In this document: positions 18,611 to 27,599 of the stretch, in pieces
Layout: every line of letters begins with the position of its first letter
Numbering within the stretch: position 1 is the first letter of the stretch
Source: an uncultured Candidatus Saccharibacteria bacterium
Lineage (GTDB): Bacteria > Patescibacteriota > Minisyncoccia > Phycocordibacterales > UBA2100
Assembly: GCA_964594735.1 (NCBI GenBank)
Contig: CAZQMS010000001.1
Coordinates: forward strand, 1-60,522
DNA: 60,522 nucleotides
Direction: 5' to 3'
Translations under genes and position numbers: made by a program
The notes under the pieces: generated by a model
Told to the model about the DNA's origin: nothing
Seen by the model: the letters and a program-made list of their open reading frames with translations, nothing else
Databases searched by the model: none

Positions 18611-18700
18611 AGTATATAATGCCCAGCAAATATGGGTACAAGCGACCGCACTGGTGTACCAGCCGTAGCGAGCCTGCCCGTCGAGCGACGCGGATTTTCA

Positions 18701-20098
18701 ATGGCGCTCAATCTCTTCCATGAGGCAGCGCGGCGCGTGCCCGCGTATGCAAGATTCTTAAAAAAGCAGAAAATCCGGCCGGATTCAATCAGGACGAAAT
18801 CTGATTTCGACCAGATTCCCCTGATAGATAAAAACAACTACGTCTCACTGAACTCATTGGAAGACATGAGCTGGGATGGGACGCTCGACATGGCGCGTTA
18901 CGTATCGACTAGCTCAGGGTCGACTGGTATGCCCTATTTCTGGCCGCGCGGGCTGGCACAGGATGTTATAGCTGGCTCGATAATGCGCAAAGTCCATGAG
19001 GATATATTCGACTCCAAGCGCGGCACGACGCTCTTTGTTGATTCCTTTGCGCTCGGGACATGGATTGCGGGTCTAGAGTTTTATAATGCCGCACGATGGA
19101 CGGCAGACGCGGGTAGCAAGATAGTCATCACTACTCCAGGTATAGACAAGACAGAAGCCATTAATCAAATCAAAAGGTTGGCTAGTTCGTTCTCCCGCAT
19201 AGTTCTTGGCGGTTACCCGCCATTTATCAAAGACATCATCGAGCAAGGCACCATATCAGGCATTGTTTGGAAAGATATTGATATGCGACTTCTCTTTGCG
19301 GGTGAAGCGGTTAGTGAGTTTTGGAGGAGCAGAGTGCTGGAGCTGATTGGCAAGAGGGACGATTACTTTGCGTCGGTCAACGTATACGGCATGGCTGATA
19401 TTGGAGTAGTGGCGCACGATACCCCGCTTTCTTGCATGGTACGCAGACATCTCCCCGCATCTAGAGATAACGAAATTCCCGCTTCTTCAGAGGTGCTTGG
19501 CATGTATCAATACGATCCGGCGCGTCGATACTTCCAAGTGGTCGGAGAGTCATCCATTATTATTACCGCCAACTCTGGCTTGCCACTCATCCGCTACGAC
19601 ACGAGGGATAGCGGCGGCATTCTCGGACGTGAGGCCGTGGTGGAGCGAATGCCAAGTACATTCTTCGACGAGGCAAGGAAGCACAAAATTAGTCTCAACG
19701 GCTGGAAAATCCCGTTCGTGTACCTGCACGGAAGAAAGGACCTCTCCATATCGCTGTATGCACTTAACATCTATGTAGAGAACATCAAACATGCGCTCGA
19801 ACGCTCGCTATTCAACGACTTGCTTTCGGGGCTATTCATAATGCAGGTAGGACACACAGATAATCTAGACCAGCAATTCGAAATTACTATCGAGCTAGCA
19901 CGTGATTCGGAGCCAAGTGTGGCACTTACAGAGTCACTCGTAAAGGAAATAGTCGAGAATCTATGCAAGTTAAATTCTGAATATGCGAAACTGCATTCCG
20001 TAGTCGGTGCCCGCGCGCTACCTAAGGTCAGACTGGTGCGATATGGAGAAATAGACACAATACCCGGCAGGAAGCACAAGTGGGTAAGGAAAACCTAA
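18701..20098 (+). CDS. adenylate-forming enzyme, phenylacetate-CoA ligase / coenzyme F390 synthetase-like (PaaK/CapK family)
   Basis: The track ORF starts at 18632; the ATG at 18701 (MALNLFHEAARRVPAYARFL) is the more likely start. AMP-binding-like motif STSSGSTGMPYFWPRG. 465 aa from 18701. Confidence 0.65.
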   Translation: MALNLFHEAARRVPAYARFLKKQKIRPDSIRTKSDFDQIPLIDKNNYVSLNSLEDMSWDGTLDMARYVSTSSGSTGMPYFWPRGLAQDVIAGSIMRKVHEDIFDSKRGTTLFVDSFALGTWIAGLEFYNAARWTADAGSKIVITTPGIDKTEAINQIKRLASSFSRIVLGGYPPFIKDIIEQGTISGIVWKDIDMRLLFAGEAVSEFWRSRVLELIGKRDDYFASVNVYGMADIGVVAHDTPLSCMVRRHLPASRDNEIPASSEVLGMYQYDPARRYFQVVGESSIIITANSGLPLIRYDTRDSGGILGREAVVERMPSTFFDEARKHKISLNGWKIPFVYLHGRKDLSISLYALNIYVENIKHALERSLFNDLLSGLFIMQVGHTDNLDQQFEITIELARDSEPSVALTESLVKEIVENLCKLNSEYAKLHSVVGARALPKVRLVRYGEIDTIPGRKHKWVRKT

Positions 20099-21090
20099 GG
20101 TAGCGGGCTTGCAAGTAAGGAGCTTGTGTCAATGAGGTAGCGACCGGACGGCATGTCAGCACCTGTTAAGATACGGCGCGCCGCGTACGCGACGGCTGCG
20201 CCGGTCGTTGCAGCTGCGGTGCCGAGTTGTGGAATTCCGGCGAGTGATACACCAACGCGAACAACAGACTCCGCCTGCCGCAAGCTAAATAGTGCCGGAT
20301 TAATAATCTGGGCGGCAATCCTGCTAAACTCTTCGCGTGAAGTCGGATTGAGATTTAAACTACTATCAACACGTCCGTGGAATAAGGCACGTCCCGGCTC
20401 CGTATCGAATCTCTCTACGTCCAGGATGACGCCGTCCCCATTGTCGGTACCCATGACGACCGGTATCTTCCGTCGCTTGCATTCCTCGCGCAGTGCAAAT
20501 TTGAGCGGGATTGAGTCCATTTCATCAATAACTATATCCAGCTCCTCAACAAACTTTCCGATTGTGCTTGCACTGATGCCACCGTCCCAGACATCAATGT
20601 CTGCAAACGGATCAATCTCCCACGCGCGTTTCGCGGCAACTTCAGCTTTATGCAGTCCGACATCGACAAGCCTTGCCTTAATTCGATTTAGGTTTGTAAT
20701 CTCTATTGTGTCCGGGTCTGCTACGCGAAGCCTTTTGGGTCCGCCAGTGATGGTAAGTGATTCCAATACGGCGGATCCAACGGACAAGCCGGCGATACCG
20801 ACGAATCCGTCACGGTACCTAGATTGCTCAACCGCTGTAATAATGTCGCGGTTGCGTGCTGTGCGAAGCAGAAAATACGTTCGCTCCGAGGGTGTGTGCA
20901 CGGCTGCGTCGAGCCAAGGATAGAAGACCCATACGCTATCGAACTCTGCAGGAAGCGAGGTATCGAAGACCCTAAGCTTTTGAAGCTCGCTTTGGGCAAT
21001 GGTGATAGTATCGACGCGTGCTGCTCCGGCTGGGATATCGGATTCCAGTTCAAAGATAATTGGCGGCGTAGTCATGTGCGCATTATGCAT
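20095..21090 (-). CDS. ThiF/E1-like adenylyltransferase (Rv1355c N-terminal-domain-like)
   Basis: 331 aa. Rossmann GIAGLSVGSAVLESL, RLRVADPDTIEITNLNR and VVMGTDNGD. Its stop overlaps the convergent ligase stop by 4 nt. Confidence 0.7.
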   Translation of the reverse strand: MHNAHMTTPPIIFELESDIPAGAARVDTITIAQSELQKLRVFDTSLPAEFDSVWVFYPWLDAAVHTPSERTYFLLRTARNRDIITAVEQSRYRDGFVGIAGLSVGSAVLESLTITGGPKRLRVADPDTIEITNLNRIKARLVDVGLHKAEVAAKRAWEIDPFADIDVWDGGISASTIGKFVEELDIVIDEMDSIPLKFALREECKRRKIPVVMGTDNGDGVILDVERFDTEPGRALFHGRVDSSLNLNPTSREEFSRIAAQIINPALFSLRQAESVVRVGVSLAGIPQLGTAAATTGAAVAYAARRILTGADMPSGRYLIDTSSLLASPLP

Positions 21091-21096
21091 GCTCCA

Positions 21097-21582
21097 TCAG
21101 CGCCGCACCATCGCCAGGGCGAAATAGGCGCCTATGAGCCAGAATAGGCGGTAGGCGTTGCCGAATACAGAGGAAAAGGTGCTGCCGAAGTCCCACGGGA
21201 CAGTTTCTGCGGGCAATTGGAGTAGCACGATAATGCACACAGCTGCGCTCGCGAGCCCCGCAATGAGTGCCTGCATGGGGTGCAGTGAATCGATGCCTGT
21301 GTCGAGCAATCGGTAGAGTGCGATGAAAAGCCCTATGCAGAGCAAAATGAAAACGCCTGTCTGTACTGCCGGCGCTGCTTGTGCCACGAATGCCCCGATG
21401 AATGCGGTGCTCCCGATGCTACTCGATAGAAAGAGTGCAATCGGAAGCGCGAGAGAGAGTGCGGCAACTCGTGCAGGCCCGGCGCGGAGTGCATCAAATG
21501 TGAGAAACAGCGCAAGGCCACCGAAGATTATCCAATCGGCTGAAAGCGCGGGAAGGTATGCGGTAATGCTACCGAGGTCCAC
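21097..21582 (-). CDS. hypothetical membrane protein (about 4-5 TM)
   Basis: 161 aa with a GTG start 8 nt after the dnaJ stop. Uniformly hydrophobic. 7 nt upstream of the ThiF-like start. Confidence 0.5.
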   Translation of the reverse strand: MDLGSITAYLPALSADWIIFGGLALFLTFDALRAGPARVAALSLALPIALFLSSSIGSTAFIGAFVAQAAPAVQTGVFILLCIGLFIALYRLLDTGIDSLHPMQALIAGLASAAVCIIVLLQLPAETVPWDFGSTFSSVFGNAYRLFWLIGAYFALAMVRR

Positions 21583-21589
21583 GCGAGAA

Positions 21590-22660
21590 TTATAACCCCT
21601 CGTTGCGTAGGTCTTGAATCAATTTGCGCGCCGATGAGGACAGCTTCTTGGGGAACAAGATGTCGATGCGGACAAGCAGGTCTCCCTTGCTTGAGCGCCC
21701 GTACGGAACGCCTGCGCCGCGGATGCGAATCATCTCGCCGTGCTCGACACCTGCGGGCACCGTGATGCTAGCTTCGCCGTCGAGCGTGCGGACTTTGTAC
21801 TCCCCACCGAGTAGCGCATCGGTCAGCTTGATTTGCAGCGATGTAATGAGGTGGTTGCCCTCGCGTTCAAAGGCCGGGTCGTGCTTCACGTGGAGCTTCA
21901 CGTAGAGGTCTCCCGCGGCGCCGCCCGGGGCAGCCTCACCGCGGCCTGGCATGCGAATCATTTCGCCATCGGACACACCCGCGGGCACCGTGATATGGAT
22001 CTCTTCCTGCTGGCGCCGAATCCCCTCTCCGTGGCAGGCCTCGCAAGGGCTCTCTGGAATTTGTCCTCGCCCGTGGCATGTGGGGCACGTACGATTGGTC
22101 GTAAAGGTGCCGAAAAACGAATTGCGTGTCTCGCGGACGTTGCCCTTGCCGTTGCAGGAAGTGCAGGACGTGAGCTTGGTACCCTTTTTGGCGCCAGTGC
22201 CTGCGCAGACATCGCACGCGCCCATCTTTGAGACGAGCACGCGACGGTCGGTACCGAAAACGCTCTCCCTAAAGCTCAGTTCGATATCGATGGACACATC
22301 GCGACCACGCTTTTGCGAGAACGGATTCTGCTGACCACCGAAGAATTCGCCGAATATGTCGCCGAGGTCAAACTCGAATTGCTGCCCCTGTCCACCAAAC
22401 CCCTGAAAATTGGAGAAATCGAATCCGCCCGGGCCACTCTGTGGTCCCCCGCCGGCAAAGGTGCGTCCGTACGTGTCGTACTCTGCACGCTTCTTTTTGT
22501 CGGAGAGTACCGCGTACGCCTCGCTCGCCTCTTTGAACTTGTCTGAGTCGCCGCCTTTTTTGTCGGGATGGTACTTGTGAGCCAATTTTCGAAACGCGCT
22601 CTTTATCTCGTCCTCAGACGCGCCCTTTTGCACACCGAGTATCTGATAGTAGTCTTTCAT
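21590..22660 (-). CDS. dnaJ: molecular chaperone DnaJ
   Basis: J domain DYYQILGV...HPD, G/F region, four CxxCxGxG zinc motifs. Confidence 0.95.
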   Translation of the reverse strand: MKDYYQILGVQKGASEDEIKSAFRKLAHKYHPDKKGGDSDKFKEASEAYAVLSDKKKRAEYDTYGRTFAGGGPQSGPGGFDFSNFQGFGGQGQQFEFDLGDIFGEFFGGQQNPFSQKRGRDVSIDIELSFRESVFGTDRRVLVSKMGACDVCAGTGAKKGTKLTSCTSCNGKGNVRETRNSFFGTFTTNRTCPTCHGRGQIPESPCEACHGEGIRRQQEEIHITVPAGVSDGEMIRMPGRGEAAPGGAAGDLYVKLHVKHDPAFEREGNHLITSLQIKLTDALLGGEYKVRTLDGEASITVPAGVEHGEMIRIRGAGVPYGRSSKGDLLVRIDILFPKKLSSSARKLIQDLRNEGL

Positions 22661-22773
22661 GTTTGTGATCTGATAGCCTGCCCCGTTAGAAGCGAAGCTT
22701 TCTAATGGGGTAGTCTTTCATCTCGTACGTTGTACACCGCCCAGTGCTGCACCGCAATCATGCGGCGCATATG

Positions 22774-24651
22774 CTACTTGGATTCTGGATTCTCCGGTGG
22801 AGTCTGTGTGTCTGTCGAGGACTGCTCTGGACCGCCTGTGCTCGCGCCCTGAGAAGATGCCATCGCCTGTCCTATGGCGCTCATCGCTGTTGAAAGTGCT
22901 TCACTCGAGCTCTTGATAGCGCCTGGGTGTGTACCGTTACGCGCTATCTTAAGTGCCTCAATTTTCTCCTGCACATTCTTGCGGATGTCCTCGCTCACTT
23001 TTTCACCGTGATCTTTGAGTGCCTTTTCCGCAGCATAGAGGATCTGGTCGGCACTGTTTTGCAGCTCCACGAGCTCCTTCTTCTTGAGGTCGCTCTCTGC
23101 ATTCGCCTCCGCATCCTGGCGCATCTTCTCGATTTCCGCTTCGGAGAGACCGGACGAGCCCTCGATGCGAATAGATTGCTCCTTGTTGGTGGTCTTGTCT
23201 TTTGCTTTGACCGTGAGAATGCCGTTGGCGTCGATGTCAAAGGTGACCTCTACCTGTGGCATACCTCTGGGGGCTGGTGGGATGCCGTCGAGGTTGAAGC
23301 GTCCGAGTGATTTATTGTCTGCAGCCATAGGCCTCTCACCTTGTACAACGTGTATCTCGACCGACGGCTGATTGTCGGAGGCGGTGGAGAAGGTCTGTGA
23401 GCGCGACGTGGGAATGGTCGTATTGCGCTCGATAAGCTTCGTCGCGACACCACCCATGGTCTCGATGCCGAGACTCAGCGGAATCACGTCGAGAAGCAGT
23501 ACATCCTTTACGTCACCTTGCATGATGCCTCCCTGGATAGCGGCGCCGAGAGCTACCACCTCATCGGGGTTCACGCCCATGTGCGGCTTCTTGCCGAAGA
23601 ATTCTTCCACGGCCTTTTGAAGCGCAGGCATACGCGTCTGACCTCCGACAAGTACGATTTCGTTGATATCGCCTACCTTGAATGGCGATGCCTCCATGGC
23701 GCGCTTCGTGATGGAAATGGCGCGATCGATAAACTCCGCTGTGAGCTCCTCGAGCTTGGCGCGAGTAAGTTTGACAAGGAGGTGCTGCGGGCCTGCATCT
23801 GTGGAAGTAATAAACGGGATATTCACTTCGGTCTCGAGTGCGTTGGAGAGCTCAATTTTCGCCTTTTCAGCGGCCTCGTCGAGTCGCTGGCGTGCGAGCG
23901 CGTCGTTGCGGACGTCGACGCCCGTATCCTTTTTGAATTCATCCGCCAGCCAATTGATGATTTTCTGGTCGATGTCTTTACCGCCAAGGTGTGCGTCGCC
24001 GTCTGTGGAGCGTACTTCAATCACGTCATCGCCGACCTCGAGTACAGAAATGTCGAACGTGCCGCCGCCGAAGTCGAAAACGACAATCTTTTCGTTTTTC
24101 TTCTTGTTGAAACCGTATGCGAGCGCTGCGGCCGTGGGCTCGTTGATGATGCGCTTGACATCGAGACCCGCAATTTTGCCCGCGTCGCGTGTCGCAGCGC
24201 GCTGTGCGTCGTTGAAGTACGCGGGGACGGTAATCACGGCTTCCGTGATTGTCTCACCGAGGCGCGCTTCCGCATCCGCCTTGAGCTTCTGAAGTATCAT
24301 CGCCGAAATCTCCTCCGGGCGGTACCACTTGTCGCCGAGCTGGACCTCGATGCCACCGTTGGACGCTTTGCGCATCTCGTAGGGCACGGCTGCCTTGTCT
24401 TTCTGCACATTGGCCTCGTCGAACGTGTGGCCGATGAAGCGCTTGATCTGGTAGATGGTGTTCCTGGGGTTGGTCACGGCCTGGCGGCGTGCTATCTGCC
24501 CCGCGAGGCGCTCACCCGTTTTAGAGAGAGCGACGATAGAAGGCGTCGTGCGAGCACCCTCAGAGTTTTCGATAATCTGAGGCTCGCCCTGCGAGACGAC
24601 AGCCATCGCTGAGTTCGTGGTTCCTAGATCTATGCCGAGTATTTTTGCCAT
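22774..24651 (-). CDS. dnaK: molecular chaperone DnaK (Hsp70)
   Basis: The ATG at 24651 gives [14 protein letters not shown]; the track ORF begins 30 nt further upstream. DLGGGTFD and [10 protein letters not shown] are present. Confidence 0.97.
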   Translation of the reverse strand: MAKILGIDLGTTNSAMAVVSQGEPQIIENSEGARTTPSIVALSKTGERLAGQIARRQAVTNPRNTIYQIKRFIGHTFDEANVQKDKAAVPYEMRKASNGGIEVQLGDKWYRPEEISAMILQKLKADAEARLGETITEAVITVPAYFNDAQRAATRDAGKIAGLDVKRIINEPTAAALAYGFNKKKNEKIVVFDFGGGTFDISVLEVGDDVIEVRSTDGDAHLGGKDIDQKIINWLADEFKKDTGVDVRNDALARQRLDEAAEKAKIELSNALETEVNIPFITSTDAGPQHLLVKLTRAKLEELTAEFIDRAISITKRAMEASPFKVGDINEIVLVGGQTRMPALQKAVEEFFGKKPHMGVNPDEVVALGAAIQGGIMQGDVKDVLLLDVIPLSLGIETMGGVATKLIERNTTIPTSRSQTFSTASDNQPSVEIHVVQGERPMAADNKSLGRFNLDGIPPAPRGMPQVEVTFDIDANGILTVKAKDKTTNKEQSIRIEGSSGLSEAEIEKMRQDAEANAESDLKKKELVELQNSADQILYAAEKALKDHGEKVSEDIRKNVQEKIEALKIARNGTHPGAIKSSSEALSTAMSAIGQAMASSQGASTGGPEQSSTDTQTPPENPESK

Positions 24652-24662
24652 ATTTTTTGAGA

Positions 24663-24691
24663 ATACTAACGATATGACCAATATTTGTAAA
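24663..24691 (-). promoter_or_regulatory. candidate sigma70-type promoter for dnaK (TTTACA-17-TAGTAT)
   Basis: On the minus strand: tttaca, then aatattggtcatatcgt, then tagtat, ending 11 nt before the dnaK ATG. Sits in an AT-rich spacer between the palindrome at 24750 and dnaK. Confidence 0.35.
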
Positions 24692-24749
24692 TATTTCTAA
24701 ATGTTGCGGGTGCTCGCAAAACTTGCACACATTGTAATTGCGTTTTCTT

Positions 24750-24774
24750 CTTGTGCAAGTCTGACTTGCACAAG
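24750..24774. repeat. 25-nt perfect palindrome (REP-like), copy 1
   Basis: cttgtgcaagtc-t-gacttgcacaag. 12-bp arms, identical to copy 2. Confidence 0.9.
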
Positions 24775-24784
24775 AGTGCAACAA

Positions 24785-25489
24785 TTAGCTGTCGTTGGCA
24801 AGTTCTCGCATCCGCTCGTCGATATACCGTCCTTCGAGCATACTCCTCGCATCCCGTTCAAACTGCTTTCCCCGCTGAAAGAGCTGATCGATTTGCACCA
24901 TGTCCAGCAGCGCCGACGTCTGACCGCGCGTAAAGGCGGGAAGGCTGGAAAACGGATAGCGCTCGGCAAACAGTAAGGCGTCATCAAAATTTTGTAGTGC
25001 GGCGAGTAACCCATCGGGATATCTCTCAAAAGGATTCTTTACGAGGATATAGGCCGCCAAGTACTGTAGGTAGTCATCACGTTCGACCGTACGAGCGCGA
25101 AATGCACCTTGGAATAGCGTCCCAGAATCCTTGTGTTTGGCATTGAAATATGCGGACATGCTTGTACACACACGCTGCATGAATTTGCTCACACCACCCT
25201 CTTCCTTCTCTTGAACGAGGAGGTGAAAGTGGTTATCCATCAGACAGTACGCAAGAATCGAGACATAAGGTTTTGCCGGCTTCCAGTGCGATGGTCGAGC
25301 AAAGCCATTGGAAATGTGCTCGCGCGTGACGTCGCGCTCCCAGTTTCGTGGTACATGCGCATCGTTGAGGTATCGTAAAAGCTTTACAAAACGCCAACGA
25401 TCATCGTCGTCACGCACGATTGGGGTCCGTTTCGCGCCACGCTTAATGATATGGACGTACGACCCGACCGAGAAAGGCTCCTTTCGCAT
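24785..25489 (-). CDS. IS200/IS605-family Y1 (HUH) transposase-like protein, REP-associated tyrosine transposase type
   Basis: The ATG at 25489 gives MRKEPFSVGSYVHIIKRG. HUH motif MDNHFHLLV and a catalytic-Tyr region YLQYLAAYILVKNP. 234 aa. The track ORF extension to 25705 reads through the palindrome and into grpE. Confidence 0.8.
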   Translation of the reverse strand: MRKEPFSVGSYVHIIKRGAKRTPIVRDDDDRWRFVKLLRYLNDAHVPRNWERDVTREHISNGFARPSHWKPAKPYVSILAYCLMDNHFHLLVQEKEEGGVSKFMQRVCTSMSAYFNAKHKDSGTLFQGAFRARTVERDDYLQYLAAYILVKNPFERYPDGLLAALQNFDDALLFAERYPFSSLPAFTRGQTSALLDMVQIDQLFQRGKQFERDARSMLEGRYIDERMRELANDS

Positions 25490-25516
25490 TTGACAATAAT
25501 CGCATATCCTGCTGCT

Positions 25517-25541
25517 CTTGTGCAAGTCTGACTTGCACAAG
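25517..25541. repeat. 25-nt perfect palindrome (REP-like), copy 2
   Basis: cttgtgcaagtctgacttgcacaag, identical to 24750..24774. Ends 3 nt before the grpE stop codon. Confidence 0.9.
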
Positions 25542-25544
25542 ACG

Positions 25545-26087
25545 CTACTTTTTGACGATAACCTGTGCGGGTCTGATAATGCGTTCGCCCGATTGATACC
25601 CGTACCGAAGAATGCGGGCAATCGTGCCCGGCTCCCCTGCCACGTCATCGCGCTCCTCCGCTGCGTCGTGGATGGCGTGGTCGAATGCATCGCCAATTTT
25701 GCCATAGCGCTGTACGCCTACACGCGCAAGCGCGTCGAGAAGCTGACTCTGCACCTGCTCCATCCCGGTGCGCCAACCTTTATCTATCGTAGCCCACGCT
25801 TCGCTTCCTGCTGCCATATCAAAACTATCCAATGCGGGGAGCAGACTCTCAACAAACTCTTCAATGCGGCGCGTCGCCTGCCGCTCGCCCGCCGCGACAG
25901 CTTCTTTCTTGGCATTTACAGAATCTGCCTTGCACCTCTGCCAGCCGTCGAGGTACTCCTGTCGCTCCGCCTTTACCTTTTCGAGCTCGTCTCGGAGTTT
26001 CTGCATCTTGGCCTTTGCAGCTCCCGCAGTTCCGAGTTCATCCTCGGGTTCAAAGTCTATGTCTTCAGTTTCTGGAGATGTGTTCAT
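25545..26087 (-). CDS. grpE: nucleotide exchange factor GrpE
   Basis: 180 aa. Acidic N-terminus, coiled coil, then C-terminal FDHAIHDA and RILRYGYQSGERIIRPAQV. Confidence 0.9.
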   Translation of the reverse strand: MNTSPETEDIDFEPEDELGTAGAAKAKMQKLRDELEKVKAERQEYLDGWQRCKADSVNAKKEAVAAGERQATRRIEEFVESLLPALDSFDMAAGSEAWATIDKGWRTGMEQVQSQLLDALARVGVQRYGKIGDAFDHAIHDAAEERDDVAGEPGTIARILRYGYQSGERIIRPAQVIVKK

Positions 26088-26146
26088 AGCGCTGCGAGTA
26101 TATCACGCTGGCTCATGAGCGGGCAAAAACCGCGTATCTGCACGAA

Positions 26147-26455
26147 CTAAGACTGGTGCCTCTTTGCCTCGTTGTATGCATCGAGCCCGAAGGCAATCGG
26201 CAGCAGAACCCAGGAAAGAATCTCTATGAAGAGCCCGTTGGTCGTTTCGCTCAAAAAGAAACCAGTCGGCGCGGCTACAAGAGTCGCGTTGTTGGGCTCA
26301 AGCCACACCCAGAGCATCCCAAGTGCCCAGCCTGCAATGAGGAGGATACCAAACGTCCGGCGTCGCTCAATAAAGATGTATCCACCTCCGGGCAAAACAG
26401 CGTTGAATATCCCGATCGCGAGTGGCGCCGGTTTGGAGAATCGGAAAGATTCCAT
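26147..26455 (-). CDS. small membrane protein (3 TM), hypothetical
   Basis: 102 aa. ATG 6 nt after the rpsI stop. Hydrophobic segments AIGIFNAVLPGGGYIF, ILLIAGWALGMLWVW and ILSWVLLPIAFGL. Confidence 0.5.
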   Translation of the reverse strand: MESFRFSKPAPLAIGIFNAVLPGGGYIFIERRRTFGILLIAGWALGMLWVWLEPNNATLVAAPTGFFLSETTNGLFIEILSWVLLPIAFGLDAYNEAKRHQS

Positions 26456-26461
26456 ACACTG

Positions 26462-26854
26462 TTAGCGCTTGCTCCACTGCGGGGCGCGGCGGGCGCCCTT
26501 GAGGCCAAACTTCTTGCGCTCGCGAGCGCGCGGGTCACGCTTGAGGAATCCGCGGACCTTGAGGTCTTTGCGTTGTGAGGGCTCGATTTCGATCATGGCG
26601 CGGGAGATGCCGAGGCGTATCGCTTCAGCCTGCGCTTTGGTGCCGCCTCCAGAGACCTTGGCGGTCACGGCAAACGTAGCTCCGAGAACCTGGAGAGGCT
26701 CGTACGCAGTCTTCATCTGGATCGCGAGTGGGAAGTATTCAGACGCTTCCTTGCCATTCACAGTCATCGATGTGCTCTTGGCGGGAGTGATGCGCACGCG
26801 TGCGGTGGCTGTCTTGCGTCGTCCTACTGCCTCTGTGTACCTGCTTGTTGCCAT
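26462..26854 (-). CDS. rpsI: 30S ribosomal protein S9
   Basis: 130 aa. GGGTKAQAEAIRLGISRA and a C-terminal ...RRAPQWSKR. Confidence 0.95.
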   Translation of the reverse strand: MATSRYTEAVGRRKTATARVRITPAKSTSMTVNGKEASEYFPLAIQMKTAYEPLQVLGATFAVTAKVSGGGTKAQAEAIRLGISRAMIEIEPSQRKDLKVRGFLKRDPRARERKKFGLKGARRAPQWSKR

Positions 26855-26859
26855 ACAAA

Positions 26860-27219
26860 TTATGCGTTAACGGTAAGATTCTTCATGCGTGCGTTACGCA
26901 TCGTGTTGTTGGGAAGCATGCGCTGCACCGCGCGGCGGATTGCCTCGCCCTCGCCTTTGCGCTCGATGAGATGTGCAAGTGTCTCCTTCTTGAGACCACC
27001 CGGGTAGCCCGAGTAGGTCGTGTACACGGTCTGCTTCTTCTTACGCTCGCGGGTGTAGATTTTCGAAGCGTTGATGACTGTGACTTTCACATCTGAGCGG
27101 ATGTGCGGGGTGTAGTCGGCAAGCGTCTTGCCCATGAGCATCTTTGCGGCTTCAGACGCAACGCGGCCGAGTGTACGACCCGCAGCATCTATGGTGAATG
27201 TCTTCTGTTTAGTTTCCAT
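26860..27219 (-). CDS. rplM: 50S ribosomal protein L13 (short form, 119 aa)
   Basis: IDAAGRTLGRVASEAAKMLMGK, YSGYPGGLK, AVQRMLP. Directly upstream of rpsI. Confidence 0.9.
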   Translation of the reverse strand: METKQKTFTIDAAGRTLGRVASEAAKMLMGKTLADYTPHIRSDVKVTVINASKIYTRERKKKQTVYTTYSGYPGGLKKETLAHLIERKGEGEAIRRAVQRMLPNNTMRNARMKNLTVNA

Positions 27220-27228
27220 ACGTTGTAT

Positions 27229-27594
27229 TTACTTTTCGGCCTGGACGAATTCTATGCGAGCTGATTCACCCACGCGCTTTCCGATGCGGCCGAGCTTCAC
27301 GATGCGCGTGTATCCGCCCGCGCGAGATGCGTAGCGCTTGGCAATCGTGTCGTGCAGCTTCTTGACCGCGTCAGATGCGCCACCGAGGCGGGTGGAGATG
27401 TCGCGTCGCGATGCAACTGTGTTCTTCTTGCTCGTCGTAACGAGGCGCTCGATAAACGGGCGGAGCTCTTTGGCTTTTGCGACCGTAGTGGTGATGCCCT
27501 CCTCGAGAACGAGCGAGCGCGCCAAAGAGCGCAGGAGTGCGGTGCGCTGTCTCCTGTCTCTATTGAGTGTTCGCTTGTTCACGTGGTGTCGCAT
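27229..27594 (-). CDS. rplQ: 50S ribosomal protein L17
   Basis: MRHHVNKRTLNRDRRQRTALLRSLARSL...GGYTRIVKLG. Confidence 0.95.
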   Translation of the reverse strand: MRHHVNKRTLNRDRRQRTALLRSLARSLVLEEGITTTVAKAKELRPFIERLVTTSKKNTVASRRDISTRLGGASDAVKKLHDTIAKRYASRAGGYTRIVKLGRIGKRVGESARIEFVQAEK

Positions 27595-27599
27595 ATGAC

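Larger units (their letters stand above)
24750..25541 (-). mobile_element. REP-RAYT-like unit: Y1/HUH transposase gene bracketed by identical palindromes
   Basis: Palindromes lie 10 nt beyond the stop and 27 nt upstream of the ATG of the transposase-like gene. The whole unit sits between grpE and dnaK on the same strand. Confidence 0.7.

Noticed and set aside
23518-24612. 364-aa ORF antisense to dnaK. Similar long antisense ORFs occur at 5864..6685 in gltX, 33071..34027 in alaS, 15085..15870, 20153..20923, 31061..31813 and 35224..35991.
   Set aside because: Each lies entirely inside a well-supported gene on the other strand. The translations are Arg/Ser/Cys/Val-rich with no motifs. Long stop-free antisense frames are an expected by-product of GC-rich codon usage, and are well known for hsp70 genes.
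24700-24790. Possible CIRCE (HrcA operator) upstream of dnaK, because of GCACTC / GAGTGCAAC fragments.
   Set aside because: Only partial half-site matches flank the REP-like palindrome. There is no TTAGCACTC-N9-GAGTGCTAA arrangement, and no hrcA in the window.
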